Positions 32,730 to 41,990 of a stretch of DNA of 64,000 bases are shown one piece after another. The stretch lies in assembly GCF_022846255.1 (NCBI RefSeq), contig NZ_AP025682.1; one strand, given 5' to 3'. Positions within the stretch are counted from its first letter, which is position 1; the number at the start of each line of letters is the position of its first letter. The notes below the pieces were generated by a model. It was given only the letters and a program-made list of their open reading frames with translations. It searched no databases and had not been told where the DNA came from. Made by a program: the position numbers and the translations under genes. The stretch is from Escherichia coli. Lineage in GTDB: Bacteria > Pseudomonadota > Gammaproteobacteria > Enterobacterales > Enterobacteriaceae.

Positions 32730-33467
32730 TTACGAGCCGCGCAATAAGCGGTTGCCCGCGTCGCTGATATCTTCGGCGGTTTTCATCATCTTGATCTGCG
32801 CTTCGAACTGGCGGTTCATGGCGATGGACGACATCATCTCACTCACCGCCGAGACGTTGCTGCCCTCGAGAAAACCGCCGCTGACTTTGATGTTTTCATC
32901 GCGCTGGGCCGGAACGCCGTCGGCAGTCACCAGCATCCCTTCAGGATTTTTCGCCAGGTTAGCGACCGGAATATCCACCAGCTTCAGGCGGTCGATATCC
33001 ATCGTCGCGGTCACGTCGCCGTCATCGGGCGTCACCGACAGCGTGCCGTCGCTGCCAAAAGAGGCGATGGCGTTCGGCGGCAGAATAATCGGCCCGTTAT
33101 CCCCCAGCACCAGATTGCCGTCGATGGTCAGTTGCCCCTGGTCGTCCTGCTGAATGTTGCCGTTGCGGGTATAGACTTCGTTGCCGTTTTTATCCTGCAC
33201 CGCAATGTAACCCGCGCCCTGAATCGCCACGTCCAGCGGGCGTTCGGTTTTCTCCGCCACACCCGTGCTGTCGTTCACGCCGCTGGCCCCTTCCTGCGCC
33301 ATATAGCGAGTGTCGAAGCCGCCGCCTTTCACCTTGTCATTGGTCGCCATTGCCATATCGGCGCGAAAACCGTTGGTGTTGACGTTCGCCAGGTTGTTGG
33401 CGCTAATCTGCTGCTCATACAACGTCTGAGAAGCCCCGCTCAGGGCGGTATAAATCAAGCGATCCAT
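32730..33467 (-). CDS. lfgF: Proximal rod protein LfgF (FlgF-like), 245 aa
   Basis: Rod-protein N- and C-terminal conserved segments; position between flgE-like and flgG-like genes. Confidence 0.85.
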   Translation of the reverse strand: MDRLIYTALSGASQTLYEQQISANNLANVNTNGFRADMAMATNDKVKGGGFDTRYMAQEGASGVNDSTGVAEKTERPLDVAIQGAGYIAVQDKNGNEVYTRNGNIQQDDQGQLTIDGNLVLGDNGPIILPPNAIASFGSDGTLSVTPDDGDVTATMDIDRLKLVDIPVANLAKNPEGMLVTADGVPAQRDENIKVSGGFLEGSNVSAVSEMMSSIAMNRQFEAQIKMMKTAEDISDAGNRLLRGS

Positions 33468-34669
33468 TACATTGCCTGGAACAGCGCGTCATCGAGCTGC
33501 GTGCTGGTGGCGATCACTTTGGTGTTGGCCTGATAGTTACGCTGGGCGGTCATCAGGTTAACCAGTTCGCTGGTAATATCGACGTTAGAGCTCTCAAGCG
33601 CTCCCGACGTGAGCGTGCCGCAGGTTCCGGAACCGGGAACACCAATCAGTGGCGTGCCGGATTCCCCGGTTTGTACCCACGCGGTACCGCTTACGGCTTG
33701 CAGGCCGTCGTCGTTAGGGAAAGTCGCCAGCACCACCTGGCCCTGCAACATGCGCTCGCCGTTGCTGTAGGTGGCGTAAACTTTGCCATCGTCATCGACC
33801 TGCACACCGTTCTGAGTCGCGGAGGCGTAGCCGTCGGCGGCGTTGGTGGTGACAGAAAATTCAGAACCGTATTGCGTACAGGTGGAGTAATCGACGGTCA
33901 AATCGATGGGCGCGGCGGCGTCGGTCTGAAACTCAATGGTCTGCGGCGTGGTTGGCGAAGTCAGCTTCCCGGTGTTCGGGTCGAAGGTTAACGTCGTCGC
34001 CGGAACGCCGGTCTGCTGCTGACCGTCGAAGGTGTACTGCACTTCCCAGGTGTTGTCGCTGGTTTTGGTGAAGTACTGGCATACCGAGTGTTCGTTACCT
34101 AATGAGTCGTACACCGTGGTGGTGTAGCTGTCGGTGTACGAGCTGCTGTTGGTCGCGTCGAACGGTACGGTAGTGCGGTCGATAGCGTCGTCGCTGGCAT
34201 CGAAGTTGGCGGTAAAGGTCAGGCTGCTACTGGCCTGCGCCGGAATATTGCCAGTTTTGATCTGGATATCGGTGACTGTACCGGTTTGCAGAGTGCCCGT
34301 GTCATCGACCGGATAGCCCTGCAAATAAGCGCCCGAGGCGTTGACGATATAGCCGTTTTTGTCGGTTTCAAACGATCCAGCGCGGGTATAAGAAATGTTG
34401 CCCGCGCTGTCGCAGGTAACAAAAAAACCGTCGTCGTTAATCGCCAGATCCAGCGCGTTACCAGTGGAGACCAGCGAACCGCCGCGCGAAATACTTTGCG
34501 CGGTGCCCGCCACGCTGACGCCCATCGCCTGGCTTCCGGCATACATGGCGGAAAACTGGGTGGTCATCGACTTATAGCCCACCGTTCCGGCGTTAGCGAT
34601 GTTGTTACTGATCCCGTCGAGCTGTTCGTTAACGGCATTCAGCCCCGTTGCGGCAATTTCATAACTCAT
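33467..34669 (-). CDS. lfgE: Flagellar hook protein LfgE (FlgE-like), 400 aa
   Basis: FlgE-like termini (MSYEIAATGLNAVNEQLDGISNNIANAGTVGYK ... SNVDITSELVNLMTAQRNYQAN). Confidence 0.9.
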   Translation of the reverse strand: MSYEIAATGLNAVNEQLDGISNNIANAGTVGYKSMTTQFSAMYAGSQAMGVSVAGTAQSISRGGSLVSTGNALDLAINDDGFFVTCDSAGNISYTRAGSFETDKNGYIVNASGAYLQGYPVDDTGTLQTGTVTDIQIKTGNIPAQASSSLTFTANFDASDDAIDRTTVPFDATNSSSYTDSYTTTVYDSLGNEHSVCQYFTKTSDNTWEVQYTFDGQQQTGVPATTLTFDPNTGKLTSPTTPQTIEFQTDAAAPIDLTVDYSTCTQYGSEFSVTTNAADGYASATQNGVQVDDDGKVYATYSNGERMLQGQVVLATFPNDDGLQAVSGTAWVQTGESGTPLIGVPGSGTCGTLTSGALESSNVDITSELVNLMTAQRNYQANTKVIATSTQLDDALFQAM

Positions 34670-34692
34670 TGTTTCTTCCTGTTAATTGATTC

Positions 34693-35406
34693 TTACGCCA
34701 CATCACTGTCGGCATCGGGTACGCCAAACTGGCTAATCATGGTGAACGGCACTTCACCTACACCTGCAACGTTAAGTACCGGGGAGCTGCCGTCGAGCGG
34801 GATGCGCACATCTTCCACTTCGCCGGAGACTTCAATCGGTACCTCTTCTTCCCCGGTGTTGGTCACCACCGAGACGTCGTAATCGCCCGGCGGGATGCCG
34901 TAATCCGCCGGATTAATCGAGAAATCGACCTGGCCTGGCCCAACCGACGAACTCCCTTCCGGGATCAGCGAGACGGTGTAGTCATCGCCCGCAGCATCGG
35001 TAAAGTGGAGATCGGCGGTGGTACAGGCGTCATCCAGCGTGGCGCGACCGTTAATGGTCTGATCACTCACCTGCAAGGCGGTGGTCTGCACCATAATGTC
35101 GTCGCCCACCAGATTGCCGAGCGCCATCACCTGAATGTTGCTCATCAGCACCGCGTTGGTGTTGGCCTGCACGCTCATCTCTTCCATCATCGCCACCTGC
35201 GCCATCGAAGAAAGCTGGTCGATATATTCGGTGGCGTCAGTCGGGTCGGTCGGGTCCTGGTTTTGGATCTCAGCGACAAACAGCGTCAGGAAGGTATCGA
35301 CGGGCGAGCTATCGCTGCTACTTTGCGTGTCGCTGGCCGCCACGTTGTTGCTTTCCGCCGTGGCGGTCGGCTGCGGCGATTGCGCATTCAGCGCCAGGGT
35401 ATTCAT
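34693..35406 (-). CDS. lfgD: Hook capping/scaffold protein LfgD (FlgD-like), 237 aa
   Basis: Position and FlgD-like N-terminal region. Confidence 0.8.
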   Translation of the reverse strand: MNTLALNAQSPQPTATAESNNVAASDTQSSSDSSPVDTFLTLFVAEIQNQDPTDPTDATEYIDQLSSMAQVAMMEEMSVQANTNAVLMSNIQVMALGNLVGDDIMVQTTALQVSDQTINGRATLDDACTTADLHFTDAAGDDYTVSLIPEGSSSVGPGQVDFSINPADYGIPPGDYDVSVVTNTGEEEVPIEVSGEVEDVRIPLDGSSPVLNVAGVGEVPFTMISQFGVPDADSDVA

Positions 35407-35837
35407 CAGGCTTCTCCCAGTTTCAGCAGGCTTTGCTGCATACTTTTCACGTTGTTGAGCACATCGACATTGGTTTCAAAATCGCGCGAGGCCGACATCA
35501 TGTCCGCCATCTGTTCCACCACGTTGACGTCGGGATACCAGACATCCCCGTTAGCATCGGCGAGCGGCGAATGTGGTTCATAGCGTTTCACCGCCCCGCC
35601 GGTTTGCAGCACGTCCTGCACCTGCACGCTGGCACCGTCAATGGCGTGGCGATGCGTTCCCGCCAGCAAGCTGTTGTGATACACCGCCGCAAACACCGGG
35701 CTGCGCGCTTTATACGCCTGCGCCTCGCTGCTGGCGGGCGCATTGGCATTCGCCAGGTTACTGGCAACGGTATTCAGACGCAGCGTTTGCGCCGTCATCG
35801 CCGAGCCGGAAATCTGATAGATATCAGTAAATGACAT
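35406..35837 (-). CDS. lfgC: Proximal rod protein LfgC (FlgC-like), 143 aa, uninterrupted
   Basis: FlgC-like sequence (MSFTDIYQISGSAMTAQTLRLNTVASNLANANAP...); single ORF with no frameshift. Confidence 0.9.
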   Translation of the reverse strand: MSFTDIYQISGSAMTAQTLRLNTVASNLANANAPASSEAQAYKARSPVFAAVYHNSLLAGTHRHAIDGASVQVQDVLQTGGAVKRYEPHSPLADANGDVWYPDVNVVEQMADMMSASRDFETNVDVLNNVKSMQQSLLKLGEA

Positions 35838-35839
35838 GC

Positions 35840-36175
35840 TTATTTCCCTTCAATGGCCTCTCTGATGCCGCTGATTTGCAGATTCAGAAAGGTCAGACTG
35901 CTTTGATAATCCATACTATTTTGTGAAAACCGCGCCTGTTCGCTGTTCAGTTCCACGGTGTTGCCATCTTCCGACGGCTGCATCGGCACGCGGTACTGGA
36001 CATCCACCGCCGCGTTATTTGCCCGTTGCATCTCCCTGGCAAAATCAATATCTTTAGCCTTGAAATTTGGCGTATCGACGTTCGCCAGATTCGCAGTCAG
36101 TAGCTCGGTCCTCTCAAGACGTAACTTCACTGCCTGCGGATGCACTCCCAATGCCTGTTGAAAACTGATCCCCAT
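35840..36175 (-). CDS. lfgB: Proximal rod protein LfgB (FlgB-like), about 111 aa
   Basis: Start set at MGISFQQALG with an AGGAG Shine-Dalgarno; the longer ORF-track start would lie upstream of the predicted sigma54 start site. Confidence 0.85.
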   Translation of the reverse strand: MGISFQQALGVHPQAVKLRLERTELLTANLANVDTPNFKAKDIDFAREMQRANNAAVDVQYRVPMQPSEDGNTVELNSEQARFSQNSMDYQSSLTFLNLQISGIREAIEGK

Positions 36176-36211
36176 TTCTTGCGTCACTCCTGCTTCAATC
36201 CGCATACGCTA

Positions 36212-36228
36212 AGCAATCGCCGTGCCAT
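36212..36228 (-). promoter_or_regulatory. Sigma54 (-24/-12) promoter motif for the lfgB...L operon
   Basis: Minus strand reads TGGCACggcgaTTGCT, a perfect match to TGGCAC-N5-TTGCW, about 25 nt upstream of the lfgB start. Confidence 0.65.
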
Positions 36229-36256
36229 TTTTTAAGTGACTGATGAGAAAAGGTTT

Positions 36257-36994
36257 ATGAGTTTTCAATTTTGCAGGCGGAAGTTTTATTTCCTCCTGGC
36301 GCTGGCCTTACCGGGCTACGCCGCCGTCCATCCCGTGCAACATAGCGCGCGGGAACAAGTCAACGCCCAGGTGCTGAATGCCGCCAGCCAGCAGATTGAA
36401 TCGCTAGCGCAGCAGCGGCAGTGGCATGACTATCGCTACACCTTTAAGGTCTACATTCCCTCGCAGATTTCGACTGCCGCGCCCTGCGCTACGGCCCCCG
36501 GCGTCACGCTGACTTCGCCTGCGGAAATCGCTCTCAACCGGATGAACTTCACCGTCAGTTGCCCGCAAAGCTGGCAGATGAACGTCGCGGTGCGCCCGGA
36601 TGTTCTGGTACCGGTGGTGATGGCAAAGTCACTGGTTGCCCGCGATACGCCGCTCACGGCAAATGATGTGGAGCTGAAGCCCTACAACGTCAGCGCCCAG
36701 CGTCGCGATGTGTTGATGGAGCTTGATGACGCGATTGGTTTCAGCAGTAAACACGCGTTGCAGCCGGGCAGGCCAATCACCAAAGAAGAACTGATATCTC
36801 CGGTGCTGGTCGAGCGCGATCAACCGGTGATGATTGTTTACCAGAGCGCGGGGATCAGCGCCTCGCTGCCCGGCGTGGCGCTGAAAAATGGTCGTAAGGG
36901 CGAGATGGTGAAAGTGCGTAACGCCAGCAGCCAGCGGGTCATCAGCGCGATGGTGGCAGAAAGCGGCGTGGTGACGACGGTAAGCGCGGAGTAA
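36257..36994 (+). CDS. lfgA: P-ring assembly chaperone LfgA (FlgA-like); ORF-track start is 36236
   Basis: Signal-peptide-like N-terminus, FlgA-like C-terminal domain; divergent from lfgB as in flgA/flgB arrangements. Confidence 0.75.
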   Translation: MSFQFCRRKFYFLLALALPGYAAVHPVQHSAREQVNAQVLNAASQQIESLAQQRQWHDYRYTFKVYIPSQISTAAPCATAPGVTLTSPAEIALNRMNFTVSCPQSWQMNVAVRPDVLVPVVMAKSLVARDTPLTANDVELKPYNVSAQRRDVLMELDDAIGFSSKHALQPGRPITKEELISPVLVERDQPVMIVYQSAGISASLPGVALKNGRKGEMVKVRNASSQRVISAMVAESGVVTTVSAE

Positions 36995-37074
36995 TTTGCG
37001 CAGGCGATTAAAGTTTTGCCGCCTGTTAACCGCTTTACTGGAGTAACCCACCTAAATACCGAGACGAGGTTGCG

Positions 37075-37353
37075 ATGAAAATCACCCCGACTATGCCAGG
37101 CAATCGCCCGACAGCCACAACGGCTGGCTCCAGCCAGCCACGCAAAAGCACGGCGACCACCACCACGACGCAGAGCGCAGACGACATTACCCAGGCGGGA
37201 TTGCAGTCTGCCCAGCAAACGCTGAACGACCAGCAAGAGAGCGATATCGACAGCGATAAAGTGGCGCAAATGCAGGCGATGCTGGCGTCCGGCAGCCTGC
37301 AAGTGGACACCGAACAGTTAGCCAGCGACATGCTGAGTTTTTTCCAGAACTAA
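37075..37353 (+). CDS. lfgM: Anti-sigma-28 factor LfgM (FlgM-like), 92 aa
   Basis: Small ORF with FlgM-like C-terminus (VDTEQLASDMLSFF) in the flgA-flgM-flgN order. Confidence 0.7.
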   Translation: MKITPTMPGNRPTATTAGSSQPRKSTATTTTTQSADDITQAGLQSAQQTLNDQQESDIDSDKVAQMQAMLASGSLQVDTEQLASDMLSFFQN

Positions 37354-37365
37354 GAGGCCGATGAA

Positions 37366-37794
37366 GTGAGTATCCGGTTACAACAGGTGAAGGCGTTGTT
37401 GCAGGGCATTCGTGACGACGACGCACTGTACGATTCCCTGCGCGAACTTCTCCAGCGTCAGCGGATCTGCATGATTCGCCGCGCCAGCGAAGATCTGCTG
37501 GCGGTAAACGACGAGATAACGCAGCACTATGAACAGTTGCATGGGCATAGCCATCAGCGGCACAGCCTGCTGAAAATGCTTAATGTCAGTGTAAATCGTG
37601 ACGGTCTGGCGCAGGTTTTTGCCTGGCTTCCGGCTGTGCAAAAAGCAGCAGCACAACAGTTGTGGCAACGCCTTGAGCAAAAAGCGGAACGCTGCAAAGC
37701 CTACAACGACAAAAACGGCGAGCTGTTGATTCGCCAGTATGAATTTATTCAGTCTTTTTTAGGCGGCGAAACAGATTTTCTGTACCAGGAATAA
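37366..37794 (+). CDS. lfgN: Export chaperone LfgN (FlgN-like), 142 aa
   Basis: Helical ORF immediately downstream of the flgM-like gene. Confidence 0.7.
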   Translation: MSIRLQQVKALLQGIRDDDALYDSLRELLQRQRICMIRRASEDLLAVNDEITQHYEQLHGHSHQRHSLLKMLNVSVNRDGLAQVFAWLPAVQKAAAQQLWQRLEQKAERCKAYNDKNGELLIRQYEFIQSFLGGETDFLYQE

Positions 37795-37921
37795 CGACAA
37801 TTCCTTCCGCCATCGCGGAAACGGATTTTCCGCCTGATTCTCAATCCCTTGTTTTTGATTACAAAAATTCCCGGCACGCTTATTGCACATTCCGCAAAGT
37901 AATAAAGACTGGAAGCCACCT

Positions 37922-38851
37922 ATGAGTTTTATTGAATGTTACGAACCGGAATACGTGCGCAATTTTATGACGCAATATCCCGATTCGCCTTTGTACGTCC
38001 GCAAGGTCTGGAAGAATGAGATTCGCCAGAGCCTGGCATTGACCGATATTGAAAGTTGCAAAGCGGTGCTCAACGATGCCAGGGCCTTTGATTTACAGCT
38101 CACCTACCGCCCTGTGGAAGACAATGCCGCCGAGCTATCCGCGCGCGATGCGATAGTAAACCAGGCCATTTTGAGCACCCTTACGCTCCCCGATTTAACC
38201 CCGGAGCTTTCCCTGTATGCCGTCGGGATTTTGCTCTCCCGCGCCAGTAAAATGCCGGGCAGAGACGGAGATATTCTTGCCCGCTTGACGACGCTGCCAC
38301 AGGCGCTGGGGGATCATGCACAAAAAGGCACGCTACAGGCACAGTTCGCCCAACTCCCACCCGTGCCACAACTGGCGCGCCAACTGGTGACGCTGCTCGG
38401 GAGTTTTGCGTTTGACTGGTCGATTTTGCCGGAAAGCCCGCGCAAAGCCTCGCTACCGTTGCAGGTGACTTTGCTGACGTTGCATGACGCCAACAGCGAA
38501 GCTTTGTTGCAACAGCAGCTTAAGGTGCAGTGGCAAACCACCTGGCAACAGCATTTTGCCGCCGCGCCGTGGATGATGCGCAACTGGCTGATTTACCGAG
38601 TTTATCACGACGTGATTGGGCAGGCAGACGGAGCAGATTATTGCCCGCTGGTGTGTGATTTTTATCTCATCCGCACGTTAATCAGTTTATGGACGCTGGA
38701 TGGTTCTGCGCTGCGGCAGGAGGATATTTTCGCCCTCTTTGCCATGTTTGAACGCTGGCGGACCAGTGAAAATGCGCTGTTTATTCGCCAGCAAATTCAG
38801 TCGTTATGTGCCGCAGAGCCGCTGCTGTCAGCGTTTTCGCTGCTGACGTGA
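37922..38851 (+). CDS. Hypothetical protein, about 309 aa, no recognisable domain; first gene of the putative modification module
   Basis: ATG at 37922 with a GGAAG Shine-Dalgarno; same strand as, and upstream of, the multidomain glycosyltransferase. Confidence 0.55.
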   Translation: MSFIECYEPEYVRNFMTQYPDSPLYVRKVWKNEIRQSLALTDIESCKAVLNDARAFDLQLTYRPVEDNAAELSARDAIVNQAILSTLTLPDLTPELSLYAVGILLSRASKMPGRDGDILARLTTLPQALGDHAQKGTLQAQFAQLPPVPQLARQLVTLLGSFAFDWSILPESPRKASLPLQVTLLTLHDANSEALLQQQLKVQWQTTWQQHFAAAPWMMRNWLIYRVYHDVIGQADGADYCPLVCDFYLIRTLISLWTLDGSALRQEDIFALFAMFERWRTSENALFIRQQIQSLCAAEPLLSAFSLLT

Positions 38852-38861
38852 GTCGCTCTGT

Positions 38862-38993
38862 GCGCGCTTTGCCCCTCACCCTAACCCTCTCCCCAAAGGG
38901 GCGAGGGGACCGATCGAGCACGGTGTTAAAATCGGCGCTGGTTTTCTCCCTCTCCCTGTGGGAGGGGGTCGGGGTGAGGGCATCAGCGCGCAC
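38862..38993. repeat. ~130-bp compound palindromic intergenic repeat, copy B, inverted relative to copy A
   Basis: GCCCCTCACCCTAACCCTCTCCCCAAAGGGGCGAGGGGACCGATCG...CTCCCTCTCCCTGTGGGAGGGGGTCGGGGTGAGGG; reverse complement of 29572..29705. Confidence 0.6.
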
Positions 38994-39029
38994 ATTCATC
39001 ACATTCACCCATTAACTCACCCAGACACC

Positions 39030-41474
39030 ATGCCAACACCGACCATCATCAAAACACTCGCCACCCACCGCGAAAAACCGTTCGTCAGCGTCGTCACGCC
39101 AACCTGGAACCGCGGCGCATTCCTGCCGTACCTGCTTTATATGTACCGCTATCAGGACTACCCGGCAGACCGCCGCGAACTGGTCATCCTCGACGATTCC
39201 CCGCAAAGCCATCAACACATCATCGACCGCCTGACCAATGGCACGCCGGAGTCCTTCAACATCCGCTACATCCATCACCCGGAAAAACTGCCGCTGGGCA
39301 AAAAACGCAACATGCTCAACGAACTGGCGCGCGGCGAATACATCCTCTGCATGGACGATGACGACTACTACCCGGCAGATAAAATCTCTTACACCATCGC
39401 TATGATGCAAAAAAACCGGGCGCTCATCTCCGGTTCCGACCAGATCCCCATCTGGTACAGCCACATCAATCGCATCTTTCAAAGCCGCAGCTTCGGCCCG
39501 CATAACATCCTCAACGGCACCTTTTGCTATCACCGTAACTACCTGAAAAAGCACCGCTACGATGACGATTGCAATTTAGGCGAAGAGAAAAGTTTCACCG
39601 ACAATTTCAGCGCTAACCCGCTACAACTGCCCGGCGAGCGCACGATTTTGTGTATCTCGCACAGCCACAACACCTTTGATAAAGACTTTATCCTCGGGGC
39701 CAGCACGCCTGTAAACGCGGCGCTTACGGATATCGTCAGCGATCCGCTGCTACGCAACGCTTATCTGGGTCTGCATAACGCCACTCATTATCAGGCGATC
39801 CAGCATCAGGCGATCGATCAGATCGTTCTGCTGAATCTGGATAAACGCCCGGATCGCTTACAGCAGATCCGTGAAGAACTGACATTGCTGCATATTCCGC
39901 CTGAGAAGATCACCCGCCTTGCCGCCAGTGAAAATGAAAACGGTCAACGGGGCCGCCAGCAATCACACTTGCAGGCGCTGCATCTGGCGCAACAGCACGG
40001 CTGGCAAAACTATCTGCTGCTGGAAGATGACGCGGTTATTCTCAAACAGGAGAAACATATTCAGGTGCTGAACGCGCTGCTGGCGAGCCTGGCGAAAATT
40101 CCCTGGCAGGTGATGATCCTCGGCGGCGAAATTTCGCAGGGAACGATGCTAAAAAGTTTGCCTGGGCTGGTGCACGCGCGGGACTGCCGCAAAGTGTGCG
40201 CTTATCTGGTGAACAGCCGCTACTACCTGCAGCTGGCGCAGCAGATGAACAACGATGAGCATTCGCTGGAAGGCGGCTGGCAGCCGCTGCTGCGCACCGA
40301 CAAATGGCTGGCCTGTTACCCGAGCCTTTGTTATCAGCGACCGGGCTTTAGTGATATCGAGAAAAAAGCGACTGATAACATTAACCACTACTTCAATAAG
40401 TTACCCGTAGCCACCAAGCCATCTACATTACCTATCGCCGATACCATCGGCTTTTTTATGGAAACCTCATTCCACTACGCGCTCTACCGCCCAATCATCA
40501 CTGCCCTACAGGCGCAAGGACAAAGCTGCACGCTGGTGATCAACGACCGCGTGTTTAAACCGTTTCTGGATGAAATGCTGAATACGTTAAAAAGCATCGA
40601 CGATCCACAGCTCAAAGGAATGCGCTTATCGGAAATGCAGGCACACGGTCAGCGAGTAAAATGCCTGGTCAGCCCCTATCACACGCCTGCGCTCAGTGGC
40701 CTTTCCCCCCTGAACATTCGCGCCATGTACGGCTTAGCCAAAGAAACGTGGAACCACGCCGACTGGAACCGTTTTTATCAGCGCATTTTGTGTTACAGCC
40801 ACTACAGTCAGCGGGCGCTGGCACATTTCGGCAGCGCAAAAGTGGTCGGCAACCCACGCTTCGACGCCTGGCATAACGGCACGTTCGACCGCGCTCTGCC
40901 GGAAAATATCCAACCCGATTCCCGTAAACCTACGGTGCTCTATGCCCCCACGTTTGGCGCATTAAGCTCCCTGCTCCACTGGGCAGAAAAATTGGGGCGT
41001 TTGAGCGGCGATGTGAACCTGATTTGCAAACTGCACCACGGCACCTGCTCGCGCCCGGAAGAAGCCGCATCGCTGGCACTGGCGCGCAGGCATTTAAAAC
41101 AGCGCACCGACTCTGCCCGCCACACGCTGGCGCTACTGGCAAAGGCCGATTACGTGCTCACCGATAACAGCGGGTTTATTTTCGATGCTATCCACGTTGA
41201 TAAACGGGTGATCCTGCTCGACTTTCCGGGCATGACGGAACTGCTCGACGGTGAGAAAAGCTACTCCACGGCAGAGAGCGCCGACCAGCGAATCCGCGAA
41301 ATATTGCCGGTGGCTCATGATGTTGCGGAACTGCGTTACTTATTGTCAGAGGTATTTGACTGGGGGGCGGTTCAGACGCGGCTTACGGAAATTCGCCATC
41401 ACTATTGCGATGCGTTTATGGATGGCAAGGCGGGAGAACGAGCGGCGTTGGTGATTGTGGAGGCGTTGGGGTAA
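39030..41474 (+). CDS. Three-domain glycosyltransferase, about 814 aa: GT2-like + GT25-like + TagB/TagF-like CDP-glycerol glycerophosphotransferase (domain calls by motif)
   Basis: GT-A signatures (VSVVTPTWNRG, VILDDSP, CMDDDDYYPADK); GT25-like block (LLNLDKRPDRLQQI...LLLEDDAVIL); TagF-like block (VLYAPTFG...LTDNSGFIFDAIHVDKRVILL); start codon uncertain (39030 ATG vs 38958 GTG inside the repeat). Confidence 0.75.
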   Translation: MPTPTIIKTLATHREKPFVSVVTPTWNRGAFLPYLLYMYRYQDYPADRRELVILDDSPQSHQHIIDRLTNGTPESFNIRYIHHPEKLPLGKKRNMLNELARGEYILCMDDDDYYPADKISYTIAMMQKNRALISGSDQIPIWYSHINRIFQSRSFGPHNILNGTFCYHRNYLKKHRYDDDCNLGEEKSFTDNFSANPLQLPGERTILCISHSHNTFDKDFILGASTPVNAALTDIVSDPLLRNAYLGLHNATHYQAIQHQAIDQIVLLNLDKRPDRLQQIREELTLLHIPPEKITRLAASENENGQRGRQQSHLQALHLAQQHGWQNYLLLEDDAVILKQEKHIQVLNALLASLAKIPWQVMILGGEISQGTMLKSLPGLVHARDCRKVCAYLVNSRYYLQLAQQMNNDEHSLEGGWQPLLRTDKWLACYPSLCYQRPGFSDIEKKATDNINHYFNKLPVATKPSTLPIADTIGFFMETSFHYALYRPIITALQAQGQSCTLVINDRVFKPFLDEMLNTLKSIDDPQLKGMRLSEMQAHGQRVKCLVSPYHTPALSGLSPLNIRAMYGLAKETWNHADWNRFYQRILCYSHYSQRALAHFGSAKVVGNPRFDAWHNGTFDRALPENIQPDSRKPTVLYAPTFGALSSLLHWAEKLGRLSGDVNLICKLHHGTCSRPEEAASLALARRHLKQRTDSARHTLALLAKADYVLTDNSGFIFDAIHVDKRVILLDFPGMTELLDGEKSYSTAESADQRIREILPVAHDVAELRYLLSEVFDWGAVQTRLTEIRHHYCDAFMDGKAGERAALVIVEALG

Positions 41475-41484
41475 ACCGCGCAAG

Positions 41485-41566
41485 TGCCTGATGCGCTTCG
41501 CTTATCAGGCCTACGGATCGATCACGTCTTGTAGGCAGATAAGGCGTTTACGCCGCATCCGGAAAG
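41485..41566. repeat. Pair of REP elements downstream of the glycosyltransferase gene
   Basis: GCCTGATGCGCTTCGCTTATCAGGCCTAC and GTAGGCAGATAAGGCGTTTACGCCGCATCCGG. Confidence 0.6.
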
Positions 41567-41583
41567 AAACAAACATCTCTGTG

Positions 41584-41988
41584 TTAGTACTTTATATAAT
41601 TCCCCCTAATCACCTCAATGATCCCCGTCGTCGATACCGACGGCGTACGGGGAAAATAGACCACCTCACAGATACACGAGAAATCGTCAAACTTCCCTGC
41701 CCAGTCATCACCCATCACCAAAATATCCGCACTGTACCCCCACAGATATTCCGCTTTCTGCGCCAGCGACTCCTCCAGAAATACGCCATCCACGCACGCC
41801 AGCCCGGCGATGATCGACATGCGGTCATCCTGATGGTAAACCGGTGCTCTGCCCTTTTTGGCGATATTTAAGGCGTCGGACGATACGCCGACCAGCAGCC
41901 GTTCGCCCAGCGTGCGGGCGCGTTGTAAAAGGCGCAGATGACCGACATGAAACACATCGAAGGTGCCGAAGGTGATGACCGTTTTCAT
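41584..41988 (-). CDS. TagD-like cytidylyltransferase (glycerol-3-phosphate cytidylyltransferase family), about 134 aa
   Basis: Nucleotidyltransferase HxGH-type motif (ITFGTFDVFHVGHLRLL) and size matching TagD/TarD-type enzymes; start set at MKTVITFG, 2 nt after the lfiJ stop. Confidence 0.75.
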   Translation of the reverse strand: MKTVITFGTFDVFHVGHLRLLQRARTLGERLLVGVSSDALNIAKKGRAPVYHQDDRMSIIAGLACVDGVFLEESLAQKAEYLWGYSADILVMGDDWAGKFDDFSCICEVVYFPRTPSVSTTGIIEVIRGNYIKY

Positions 41989-41990
41989 GG

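Noticed and set aside
35005-35834. Several plus-strand ORFs (35005..35583, 35135..35458, 35433..35834, 35573..35830) over lfgC/lfgD
   Set aside because: All antisense to well-supported rod/hook genes
35406-35837. Possible frameshift in lfgC (I recall one in strain 042)
   Set aside because: The ORF here is a single uninterrupted 143-codon frame flanked directly by lfgB and lfgD; no frameshift is visible
38781-39015. ORFs 38781..39008 (-) and 38806..39015 (+)
   Set aside because: Same repeat-derived frames as above (copy B of the compound repeat)
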